Source: Opitutaceae bacterium (GTDB taxonomy: Bacteria; Verrucomicrobiota; Verrucomicrobiia; Opitutales; Opitutaceae). From it: a stretch of 64,000 nucleotides of DNA. A program made the position numbers and the translations under genes. Below the pieces are notes generated by a model. The model ran no database searches, was not told where the DNA came from, and worked only from the letters and a program-made list of their open reading frames with translations. Location of the stretch: positions 3,304 to 67,303 of the forward strand of contig JAYTUA010000096.1 of assembly GCA_043745015.1 (NCBI GenBank), written 5' to 3'. This document shows positions 38,172-46,347 of this stretch, one piece after another. Numbering within the stretch: the stretch's first letter is position 1; each line of letters begins with the position of its first letter.

Positions 38172-38663
38172 ATGGCACTATTCGGCTCCCTGTCCACGGT
38201 TCGCGCCCAACTGGCGCATGATCCGCGATTCGCTTCCGCGCTGGCCTACGTGGCCGAGGCGCTGGCCGACGGCTCCGCGGTGCGCGCGCGCATCGACACC
38301 GTGGCGGTCGGCGTCACCGAGAAAATCCCGCTGGCCGGCGGCGCCTTCGCCCTCGAGCAGGCTTACCGGTCCAAGCCGCGGGCCGAGGCCTTCCTCGAAT
38401 CCCACCGCAACTACATCGACGTGCAGGCGGTGATCACGGGCGGGGAAGTGCAGGAGGTGATCGATACCGGGCGGTTGGCGGTAGACGCAGCCTACGACGC
38501 CGAGCGCGACCTGATCAAATACCGCGACAACCGTGAAACCTCGGCGTTGCGGGCGGAGCACGGCCTGGTGGCCGTGTTCTTTCCCAGCGACGGCCATCTC
38601 TCCCGTGCCAGCGGTGAGCCCGTGCTGGTGCGCAAGGTCGTCGTGAAGGTGCCCGTGGCGTGA
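38172..38663 (+). CDS. YhcH/YjgK/YiaL family protein
   Basis: ESHRNYIDVQ, YDAERD, FFPSDGH, VRKVVVKVPV. Confidence 0.88.
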   Translation: MALFGSLSTVRAQLAHDPRFASALAYVAEALADGSAVRARIDTVAVGVTEKIPLAGGAFALEQAYRSKPRAEAFLESHRNYIDVQAVITGGEVQEVIDTGRLAVDAAYDAERDLIKYRDNRETSALRAEHGLVAVFFPSDGHLSRASGEPVLVRKVVVKVPVA

Positions 38664-38676
38664 GTCCGGTCGCGGC

Positions 38677-39576
38677 ATGAACTACCGCCATCATTACCAC
38701 GCGGGGAATTACGCGGATGTGTTCAAGCATGTGCTGCTGCTGCTGCTCGTCCGCGCGATGCAGCGGAAGGAGAAGGGCTTTCTCTATCTCGACACGCATG
38801 CCGGGCGCGGCGGTTACGATCTGGCGGTACCCTCGATTTTGCCGGACGGCCGCACACGCGAACCCGAGCATCCGGCCGGCATCGGCCGGCTGTGGGGCGC
38901 GGCGGACCTGCCCGCCGCGTTGAACGACTACCTGGCGCTGGTGCGGCGGTTCAACGACCGCCGGGGCTCCTCCTTCGCCGAGGCTTCGGAGGACAAGGAG
39001 ACGGGGGTGGAGCTGAAATTTTATCCCGGCTCACCGTGGATCGCGAAACTGCTGCTACGGCCGCAGGACCGGATGGTGCTATGCGAGCTGCGGCCGGACG
39101 ACGCCGAGGCGCTGGACTTTGACTTTGCCCGCGAGGCGGGGGTGAAGGTGCTGACGATGGACGGCTACACCGGGTTGAAGGCACAACTGCCGCCGCCCGA
39201 GAAGCGCGCGCTGGTGCTGATCGATCCGCCTTTTGAAAGCAAAGCGGAGTTCGCCGACATCCAGCGCGGCCTGGCCGATACCCTGCGGCGCCTGCCCGGG
39301 GCGGTCTGTGCGGTCTGGTATCCGATCACGGAGCGGGCCCGGACGGAGGATTTCCATCACGCGCTGCTCGAGCTGGCGGTGCCCACGCTGTTTGCCGAGC
39401 TGGCCATCGCTGGCGAGAACTCGCTGCTGCGCATGAAAGGCTGCGGGCTGCTCATCTTGAATCCGCCGTGGCGGATCGAGGAGGAAATCCGGGCCGTGCT
39501 GCCGGTGCTGGCCGGGCGGCTCGGGGTCGAGGCCGGCGCCGCGGCCGTTTGCAACTGGCTGGTGCCGGAGCGGTGA
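38677..39576 (+). CDS. rlmJ: 23S rRNA m6A2030 methyltransferase
   Basis: MNYRHHYHAGNYADVFKH, YLDTHAGRG.Y, YPGSP, LIDPPFE, WYPI, NPPW. Confidence 0.94.
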   Translation: MNYRHHYHAGNYADVFKHVLLLLLVRAMQRKEKGFLYLDTHAGRGGYDLAVPSILPDGRTREPEHPAGIGRLWGAADLPAALNDYLALVRRFNDRRGSSFAEASEDKETGVELKFYPGSPWIAKLLLRPQDRMVLCELRPDDAEALDFDFAREAGVKVLTMDGYTGLKAQLPPPEKRALVLIDPPFESKAEFADIQRGLADTLRRLPGAVCAVWYPITERARTEDFHHALLELAVPTLFAELAIAGENSLLRMKGCGLLILNPPWRIEEEIRAVLPVLAGRLGVEAGAAAVCNWLVPER

Positions 39577-39587
39577 GCCGCCCCGGG

Positions 39588-39791
39588 TCAGCGCTGCGTT
39601 GAGCGCTGCGTGATGCGCGTGGCAGTGAACGGCAGCGGATCGAGGGCGACGCGGGGATTGGCCAGTACCGGCGCCTTGAAGACGGGCTGGTTCCACAGGA
39701 TGTCTCGATTGAGCGACTGCCGCACGCCTGCAAACGCCTTGGCCAACGGGAGGTCGGCACGCTTGGGGTGATTGTAGGGGAAGTAGGTCAT
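39588..39791 (-). CDS. small hypothetical protein (67 aa)
   Basis: ATG ORF with GC3-biased codons that fills the gap convergent to rlmJ. Confidence 0.5.
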   Translation of the reverse strand: MTYFPYNHPKRADLPLAKAFAGVRQSLNRDILWNQPVFKAPVLANPRVALDPLPFTATRITQRSTQR

Positions 39792-39869
39792 GTTGCTTGG
39801 GCGGCCTGGTCAGGGCCGACTCGTTCTAAGAACCCGGAAGGAGCCGAATAGTTCCAAGAAAAACGGGAA

Positions 39870-39905
39870 AATCCGGGCGCGCCACGGGGTGGGCGCGCCC
39901 GGATT
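39870..39905 (-). terminator. putative intrinsic terminator after hsp20
   Basis: 14-bp perfect stem aatccgggcgcgcc/ggcgcgcccggatt followed on the minus strand by ttcccgttttt. Confidence 0.55.
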
Positions 39906-39917
39906 CCGGTCAGGGGG

Positions 39918-40313
39918 TCAGGCCACCCGGCGTTGCGGGGTGGCGGGCCCGGCCGCTGGCGGCCGGCGCTTGGGCAGCACGATGGTGAGCACGCCCCGGG
40001 CCAGGGAGGCACTGAGGGTGTCGAAGTCGTAGCCCGCGCCAAGGCGCAGCTTGAGCTGGTAATCGCGCTGCGCTGACTCGAGGTGCAGGGCCTGCCAGTT
40101 CACGCGGACGTGGTGCGGCTTGCGGGCCGTGAGGTGCAAGTCCGTGCCCTGCGTGGTGAGTTCCACGCCGGTGGCCTCCACCCCGGGCACATAGACGTCA
40201 AGCTGGAGGGCCTGCGCCTGATCCCGGCACTCATAGTGCGGCGAACGGAAGTCGGGCGGGAACTTCGCGGCGGGGAATCTTTGGTGTTGGTGGCGGTGGA
40301 TGATCGTATGCAT
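39918..40313 (-). CDS. Hsp20/alpha-crystallin family protein
   Basis: L.V.VPGV....VEL, L.LTARK, A.L..GVLTIVLPK. Confidence 0.85.
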   Translation of the reverse strand: MHTIIHRHQHQRFPAAKFPPDFRSPHYECRDQAQALQLDVYVPGVEATGVELTTQGTDLHLTARKPHHVRVNWQALHLESAQRDYQLKLRLGAGYDFDTLSASLARGVLTIVLPKRRPPAAGPATPQRRVA

Positions 40314-40401
40314 GGACGGAAAAATGAAAAAATGCCGGAGGCGTCGGTGGGCACCGGCGGGGTCTCCTGGGAGGGGCGATTACCTTTCTAGCGGTATCGC
40401 G

Positions 40402-40551
40402 TCAGGCCAGGCAGCCCGCGGCGGTGTGTCGATTGACCCAGATGGACAGACGGGCACACTGCTGCTGCGACTGGCGCAGGCCAAAGCCCATGGCGGCCTT
40501 CGTAAGCGAAGTGCCGGCAGCGGTGCGTTTGACTGGAGTGGCGTTGGCCAT
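40402..40551 (-). CDS. small hypothetical protein (49 aa)
   Basis: MANATPVKRTAAG...; pyrimidine-rich leader; lies between the sigma54 motif and hsp20. Confidence 0.4.
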   Translation of the reverse strand: MANATPVKRTAAGTSLTKAAMGFGLRQSQQQCARLSIWVNRHTAAGCLA

Positions 40552-40603
40552 TGGTTCGAGAGGGGAAGATGCCCAAGGGCATCCGGTCCACAAGTGACAA
40601 TTA

Positions 40604-40619
40604 AGCCGGAAGCGTGCCA
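40604..40619 (-). promoter_or_regulatory. putative sigma54 (-24/-12) promoter
   Basis: Minus strand TGGCACGCTTCCGGCT: perfect -24 TGGCACG and GC at the canonical spacing; TT before the GC is absent. Confidence 0.55.
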
Positions 40620-40678
40620 AACCATGGCATCACGCCGAATCTTGCACCGGCACAGTTTTGTCGGCAAGGTGACGGGAT

Positions 40679-41053
40679 ATGAAACCGATGACCGATGCGA
40701 CCACCCCGGTGGCGGAGTTGCGTGAACGCGTGCTGGCCTTTGCCCGCGCGCGGGACTGGGAGCAGTTCCACTCGCCCAAGAACCTCAGCATGGCGCTGGC
40801 CGCCGAGGCCGGGGAGCTGATGGAGCATTTCCTGTGGACCGAAGCCAAAGCCTCCGCGGCGACCCTCGCCGATCCGAAAAAGCGGGAGAAGATCGAGGAC
40901 GAGCTCGCCGACGTGGTGATCTACGCGCTGGAGTTCGCCAACATCGGCGGCATCGACCTGGCGCGGGCGATCGGGGCCAAGCTGGCCAAGAACGCCGTGA
41001 AGTATCCCGTGGAGAAGTCGCGCGGCCGGTCGGACAAATACACCGAGCTTTAG
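40679..41053 (+). CDS. MazG-like nucleotide pyrophosphohydrolase (dCTPase-like)
   Basis: F...RDWEQFHSPKNLSMALAAEAGEL.E.F.W, DELADV.IY, K..KN..KYP. Confidence 0.9.
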   Translation: MKPMTDATTPVAELRERVLAFARARDWEQFHSPKNLSMALAAEAGELMEHFLWTEAKASAATLADPKKREKIEDELADVVIYALEFANIGGIDLARAIGAKLAKNAVKYPVEKSRGRSDKYTEL

Positions 41054-41502
41054 GAAAACCCACCAAAGGACACGAAGTCCTCGAGGTCGAGCAGCTCGAA
41101 CCACGAGCCCACATCCTCGCGGCGCGGGCCCACGGCGGTGTGCAGCTGGTTGAAGTAGGCCCGGCCCTCGACGGCGGTCGGCGGACGCTGCTCAAACCAG
41201 GCGGACCAGGCGATGATCTCGCTCAGGCTGCGCTTGGGCTGCAGGCGGCTCATGACGTAGGTGAGCAGGTCGTAGTCACATTTGCCGGTCTTCACTTCCG
41301 CGAGGAAGGCCTCGGCAGTGATGCCGGTGTAGGCCCAGAAATGGGCGTCCACCGGACAGTCGTAGTTATACTCACCGTTGGTGCCGGCGAGGGTGGCGCG
41401 GGCCTTGTCGATCAGGCGGGGCAGATGGGCAAAACCACCGAGGCGCACGCGCGGACTGCGCGGCGGATGCTGGGTCAGGTCGGGTTTGTGGAAATTTATC
41501 AT
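41050..41502 (-). CDS. DUF5069 domain protein
   Basis: DLT..PPRSPRVRLGG..HLPRLIDKARA...G..GEY.Y.CP.D; C-terminal WF..LDL.D. Confidence 0.8.
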   Translation of the reverse strand: MINFHKPDLTQHPPRSPRVRLGGFAHLPRLIDKARATLAGTNGEYNYDCPVDAHFWAYTGITAEAFLAEVKTGKCDYDLLTYVMSRLQPKRSLSEIIAWSAWFEQRPPTAVEGRAYFNQLHTAVGPRREDVGSWFELLDLEDFVSFGGFS

Positions 41503-41516
41503 GGCGGTGTTGGGGT

Positions 41517-41768
41517 TCAGGGAGAAGGTAAACGGGGGCTGGTGTGGCAGGCGCAGCCGGGGGCGCAGGGGGCCGGGGCGGCCACGGGGGTGGATTTTTG
41601 GCCGGCCTTCGCCATGAGGCCGTAACCACCGCTGATGACGCGGCGCACGGGCTCGCCCGTGTCGGGATGGCGGATGAGCGAGGCATCCTTCATGCCTTGG
41701 ATGACCTCAAAGCGGCGCGGCGTCTCGCCGTCCTGCCGGGGGATGGTCTCATATACATAGGTTGCCAT
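41517..41768 (-). CDS. FmdB-like zinc-ribbon protein (Cys-less core)
   Basis: MATYVYE...FEVIQ.M.D..L..HPDTGEPVRRVISGG; Cys-rich tail CAPGCACH. Confidence 0.75.
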   Translation of the reverse strand: MATYVYETIPRQDGETPRRFEVIQGMKDASLIRHPDTGEPVRRVISGGYGLMAKAGQKSTPVAAPAPCAPGCACHTSPRLPSP

Positions 41769-41837
41769 GTGCTCCTGCTTGGGAACGCAGATTTTAGCTT
41801 TTGGCAAGTGGCGAACTTTCCATCATCGGGGAAACCC

Positions 41838-42200
41838 ATGAAAGCCTCCGCCACGCTGGAACGATACTATGTGCTGCCGTGCTGCCTGCTCCTGCTCAAC
41901 CTGGGCAACGAGATCATTTCCTACAAGGCCCGGCTGATCGACGACCCGCTGCTGCGCACGCTCTTCATCATGGGCATGGTGCTCTTCGGGGCCTCGCTGG
42001 TGGCGTTCGCGGTCGCGCCCGGCCTCATCTGGCTGGTGCAATCCCTCCGCCGGACGAGCCGTTCGGCGGCGGGCAGCCTGGGGGAGCTCATGTTCCTGTT
42101 CGGCCTCGGCGGGCTGATCTTCTGGCTGTACTACCGCAATTACGTTCACGGCACGGGCACGATCCTGCCGGCCGTATGGCGGAATCCGCTCATTCACTAG
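41838..42200 (+). CDS. small membrane protein
   Basis: 120 aa with about 3 hydrophobic helices; GC3 bias. Confidence 0.7.
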   Translation: MKASATLERYYVLPCCLLLLNLGNEIISYKARLIDDPLLRTLFIMGMVLFGASLVAFAVAPGLIWLVQSLRRTSRSAAGSLGELMFLFGLGGLIFWLYYRNYVHGTGTILPAVWRNPLIH

Positions 42201-43038
42201 TCCAGTCCGCCCGGATCGCCACCGGGTCGCGGCCCGACTGCCGCAAGGTGCGCAGGGCGAGGGCGTCGTGGCGCTTGGCCAGGCGGACACCCTTTTCATC
42301 GGTCACCAGCGGACAGTGATAAAAGGCCGGTGCCGTAAGCCCGAGTGCGCGGTAGAGCAGCAACTGACGGAAGGTGGATTTTAGCAGGTCCGCCCCGCGC
42401 ACGACCTCGGTGATGCCCATCGCGGCGTCATCCACGACGCAGGCAAGCTGGTAACTCGGGGCATCGTCCTTCCGCCAGACGAGGAAGTCGCCGAAATCGC
42501 GGCCGGCGGTCGCGCGTTGTTGGCCGAAATGGCCGTCGGAGAAAACCAACATCTCGCCGTCAGGTACTCGGAAACGCCAGTTGAACGTGATAGGGTCGGT
42601 AAGCGGCGGCAGTGGCGAGTTGGCGGTGGGCCGAAATTCCGGTGGGTAGAGCGGCTCGTCGGTTTCGTCACCGTCATGCGGGGCACTGGCGGCTGCGAGC
42701 ACGTCGCGACGCGAGCGGTGGCAGGGGTAGATACAGCCGGCGGCGTGCAGCCGGGCCAGGGCCGCGCGGTAAAACGGGAGACGTTCGCTTTGAGTCACCA
42801 TCGGCTCATCCCACTGGAGACCGAACCAGCGCAGGTCCTCCAACAGGGCGGTGACAAACTCCGGCTGGCAGCGTGCCGTGTCGAGGTCGTCGTTGCGCAG
42901 CAGCAGCGTGCCGCCCGCGGCCCGGGCCCGTTCCTGAGCGGTCCAGAAGGTCCGGACATGGCCGAGATGGAGCAGGCCGGTGGGCGAAGGCGCGAGCCGG
43001 CCGCGGTAGACTGGAAAGAGGTGGGCCACGGATGACAC
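42190..43038 (-). CDS. gluQ: glutamyl-Q tRNA(Asp) synthetase (start uncertain)
   Basis: YRGRLAPSPTGLLHLGH (HIGH-like), GDFLVWRKD..PSYQLA.VVDD, VRGADL, RLAKR; no anticodon-binding domain. Confidence 0.9.
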   Translation of the reverse strand: MSSVAHLFPVYRGRLAPSPTGLLHLGHVRTFWTAQERARAAGGTLLLRNDDLDTARCQPEFVTALLEDLRWFGLQWDEPMVTQSERLPFYRAALARLHAAGCIYPCHRSRRDVLAAASAPHDGDETDEPLYPPEFRPTANSPLPPLTDPITFNWRFRVPDGEMLVFSDGHFGQQRATAGRDFGDFLVWRKDDAPSYQLACVVDDAAMGITEVVRGADLLKSTFRQLLLYRALGLTAPAFYHCPLVTDEKGVRLAKRHDALALRTLRQSGRDPVAIRADWTSE

Positions 43039-43120
43039 TGATGAACACGGATGGAGCCCGAGGCGATTTCAGAAATCCCGCGATGAATTTATCCGTGCCA
43101 ATCCGTGGAATCCGTGGTTT
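43025..43120. repeat. ccacggat/atccgtgg palindromic array repeat
   Basis: gccacggatgacactgatgaacacggat ... atccgtgccaatccgtggaatccgtggtt; fills the gluQ/LOG gap. Confidence 0.8.
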
Positions 43121-43130
43121 CAAAAGCCTG

Positions 43131-43709
43131 ATGAAGTCCCTCTGCGTCTACTGCGCCTCCAGCGACCGGCTCGATCCCAAGTATTACGCCGTGGGCACAC
43201 AGGTCGGCGAGGAGATCGCCCGCCGGCACTGGACGCTGGTCTATGGCGGGGGCAAGACCGGCATCATGGGCGCCGTGGCGCGGGGTGTGAAGGCGGGCGG
43301 AGGCCGGGTGGTGGGCGTGATTCCCGAATTCATGAAGGACCGGGAGCTGGAATTCACCGAGGCCGACGAGCTCATCTCGGTCCTGACGATGCGGGAGCGC
43401 AAGATGCTCATGGAGACGCGCGCCGACGCCTTCCTCGCTTTGCCGGGAGGCTGGGGCACGCTGGAGGAGTTGCTGGAAATTCTCACGCTCGCGCATCTCG
43501 AGGTGCTGCGGAAACCCGTCGTGCTCCTCAACCAGGACGGTTTCTACGACGACCTGCTCCGGTTCAACGAGAAGATTGTCGCGGAGAAATTCATGCACGC
43601 GACGATCCAGGGCAAATTTGCCGTGGCACGCTCGGTGGAGGAGATTTTCCCCCTGATCGAGAACTGGAGCCACCAGCCCGGCGACGCCAAGTGGTTCCAG
43701 ACGCGCTAG
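43131..43709 (+). CDS. LOG family (TIGR00730) nucleotide phosphoribohydrolase
   Basis: CVYCASS, LVYGGG..GIMG, MRERK, LPGGWGTLEE. Confidence 0.92.
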   Translation: MKSLCVYCASSDRLDPKYYAVGTQVGEEIARRHWTLVYGGGKTGIMGAVARGVKAGGGRVVGVIPEFMKDRELEFTEADELISVLTMRERKMLMETRADAFLALPGGWGTLEELLEILTLAHLEVLRKPVVLLNQDGFYDDLLRFNEKIVAEKFMHATIQGKFAVARSVEEIFPLIENWSHQPGDAKWFQTR

Positions 43710-46342
43710 CGATACAGGGCGATCAGGTCCTCGGTGCGGACCCAGCCGGTCTGGCCGCCGGGGAAGGCGAGTTTGGTCCAGCCGAGGAAGGATTTCTCGG
43801 CCACGGCGATGGAACCGGCGGAGAGGGGCGAGGTTTTCTGCGTGGTGTCGGCCTCGGTCGGGATGCTGCGGAGCGTTGACGCCTTCCAGACAAAGACCAC
43901 CGCGGGATCCGCCAGCGGGCCGTAGGTGCGGAGGCTGAAGGTGGCGGCGGCGGCCAGCAGCATGGCCAGCAGGATGGTGGTCAGGGCGGTGGGTTTGCCC
44001 CAGCCACCGATACGCCGGTAGCCCTGCAACAGGAGCAAAATCAGCGCGACCGCCAGCAGCAGCGCAGCGCCGACCAACGCCAACTGCCATTCGCCGGGGG
44101 TGGCGAGACGGGCGAGTTTACCGCGCCCTTCACCGCGGGAAAGTTCGACGAGGAGGGGCTCGGCCAGGCCGGAGCGCTGCAGGCCAAGCGCGAGGTCCCA
44201 GCGAGTGAGGTCGGCGCGGGAGTTGAGCAGAAAGGCACTGGTCCAGTGGGCCGTGGCTTCAGCGGAGCGGTCCTGCTGGGCGAGGGCGAGGGCGAGATTG
44301 TGGCGCGCGGTCCAGTCGGTGGGGGAAGTGGCAACATTTTTTGCCCAGGCCGACTCCGCGGCGGCGAAATCGCCCCGCTTGTAGGCGTCGGTGGCACTGT
44401 CCGCCTGCGCGGCGACGGGGGCGAGCAGGACCGCGAGCGTGAAGAGGAACGGCAGCAGGTTGCGGCCGGCGAGCAGGGTGAAGGGATTCCAGCCGGGGAC
44501 TTGTACCGACCGAAGCGCGGTTTCCGCGCGCGACAGCCAATCCGCCGGCAGGGTGGTGTCGCGACTGTGGAGGGCGCGGTCGGCCTCGGACCAGAGGCGG
44601 GCCCAGCCGGTGGCGGCATCCGGCGAACGGCGGCCGATGCAGCCATGCACCAATGGCGTGCCGGGGGCGGCGTGCGGGATTTCCCAGAGCGCGGTCGTGT
44701 GCTGTTGCCAGAGGCGGAGGGCTGCCGGGTTGGCCTTGCCTGAAAGGTCGCCCAAGGCGGTGACGAGAGCGCGGCGGGCCTCGCGGCGGCGGCGCTGCGG
44801 GTCGAGTTCGCGCGAACGCAAGGCGGCGAGGGCAAGCCAGAGGAGCAGAGGACAGAGAACAGCGGACAGAACACAGGTCAGAACCAGCGGCGGGAGCGAC
44901 TGCGGGGCGAAACCGGTGGCGTTTTCGGCAATGGGGTCGCGCGGGAGATTCTCGGGCGGGACCGGGGCGACGGCGGCCGGCAGCATGGGTGAGGCCGGGG
45001 AAGTCGCGGCGGGAGCGAGGGAGAATTGCACCGGGGCACCGGAGCTGGCGGGAGGAACGAGGGGAGCAGAGGCGCCGGTGATCGTCACGGTGACGGGTTC
45101 GGTGGTGACGGACTTGTAGTTGCCAGTCTTCGGGTCGAAGTAGCTGAAGCGCACGGGGGCGAGCCGGTAGGTGCCGGGCTTGGTCGGCACTAGGACCACG
45201 TCCTCGGTCAGGCTGCCCTCGAAGAGCGTGGCGTCCTTCATGGTGCGCTTGGACTTGGGCTGGACGACCTGAAAATCGTTGGAGACCTCGCGCTGGGGCA
45301 GGCCGGTGACGTCGGGCCAGTTGCCCGTGCCACTCAGCTCAAGGGTCCAGGTGATGGGCTCGCCGACGCCGGAGGTCAGGGGCACGACCTTGGAAACGAA
45401 GGCGAATTCGCCGACGGCGCCGCTGAAGTCGAGCGGGGCGATCGGCAGAGTCTTGACGGTAAGTTCCAGGGGGTTCGATTCGAGCTGGCGCTGCTCGACA
45501 TTGGGCTGCGTGAACAGGCCGAACCCGGTGGAGCCGACCATGAGGTTCACCATCTGGGAGGCGGGCTTGAGGGTGTAGATGCCGGGCTGCTTGACGTAGG
45601 CCCGGGTGTCCTGGGTGGAGACGACGCGGCGCTCGCCCCGGATGAGCACCTCGCTGGGGTCGGGCTTGCTCCAGTCCTCGGCGACGACCGGCGTGCCCGG
45701 CCAGTCGAGGTTGCTGCCGAGCGAATGGAAGTAGCGGCGCACGACGTCGAGGGTGTAGGAAACGGGAAACACCTCGCCGGCCCAGACCGATTTGCGCGGG
45801 ACGGCCAACTTGGCGGAGGCAATGTCATTCACGGCCAGGCCGGAGCTGCCGACCGTGGCATCGCCGACGGTGAAGCTCGCGGCCGGCACCTTGATGGCGC
45901 CCTTGTCGGTCTTGATCTCAAAGGCGGGGATGGTGAGGCTGCTGCGCTTGGCCGGGCGGACGGGAAACACGAAGGAGAAAGTCCGCGACATCTTGAAGTT
46001 CACGATGCTGGTCTGGCTGCTCTGCGAGGGCCGCCCGAACTGCAGGCCGTCCACCGTGGGAATCCGCGGGTCGCCATCGGGCTCGCAGTCCTCGAAGATC
46101 AGGGCCAGCTGGCTGACCTGGTTGAAACCGAGCTGGCCGCCCGGCGGATCCCAGCGCACGGACTGGGCGAGGGCGGCGAGTGGGGAAATGGCGGCGATAA
46201 TTAGCGCAAGCAACACACCCCGGCGCGATGCGCCACCCCTCTTGATAGAGGGGATCAAAGCAATGCCTGTCAGAGAATCCCCTCTGGAGAGGGGTGCCCG
46301 AAGGGCGGGGTGTGTAATCAGAGACATGAAATATGAAAGCAT
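43706..46342 (-). CDS. batD: BatD-family protein with C-terminal TPR/SH3 (BatE-like) region; start uncertain
   Basis: SSQTSIVN, FSGAVG.F, VGEPIT..L...GTGN, FSYFDP.TG.Y; TPR AY..GDF..A...HNLA; C-terminal G.TGWV. Confidence 0.8.
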   Translation of the reverse strand: MLSYFMSLITHPALRAPLSRGDSLTGIALIPSIKRGGASRRGVLLALIIAAISPLAALAQSVRWDPPGGQLGFNQVSQLALIFEDCEPDGDPRIPTVDGLQFGRPSQSSQTSIVNFKMSRTFSFVFPVRPAKRSSLTIPAFEIKTDKGAIKVPAASFTVGDATVGSSGLAVNDIASAKLAVPRKSVWAGEVFPVSYTLDVVRRYFHSLGSNLDWPGTPVVAEDWSKPDPSEVLIRGERRVVSTQDTRAYVKQPGIYTLKPASQMVNLMVGSTGFGLFTQPNVEQRQLESNPLELTVKTLPIAPLDFSGAVGEFAFVSKVVPLTSGVGEPITWTLELSGTGNWPDVTGLPQREVSNDFQVVQPKSKRTMKDATLFEGSLTEDVVLVPTKPGTYRLAPVRFSYFDPKTGNYKSVTTEPVTVTITGASAPLVPPASSGAPVQFSLAPAATSPASPMLPAAVAPVPPENLPRDPIAENATGFAPQSLPPLVLTCVLSAVLCPLLLWLALAALRSRELDPQRRRREARRALVTALGDLSGKANPAALRLWQQHTTALWEIPHAAPGTPLVHGCIGRRSPDAATGWARLWSEADRALHSRDTTLPADWLSRAETALRSVQVPGWNPFTLLAGRNLLPFLFTLAVLLAPVAAQADSATDAYKRGDFAAAESAWAKNVATSPTDWTARHNLALALAQQDRSAEATAHWTSAFLLNSRADLTRWDLALGLQRSGLAEPLLVELSRGEGRGKLARLATPGEWQLALVGAALLLAVALILLLLQGYRRIGGWGKPTALTTILLAMLLAAAATFSLRTYGPLADPAVVFVWKASTLRSIPTEADTTQKTSPLSAGSIAVAEKSFLGWTKLAFPGGQTGWVRTEDLIALYR

Positions 46343-46347
46343 GGTCG

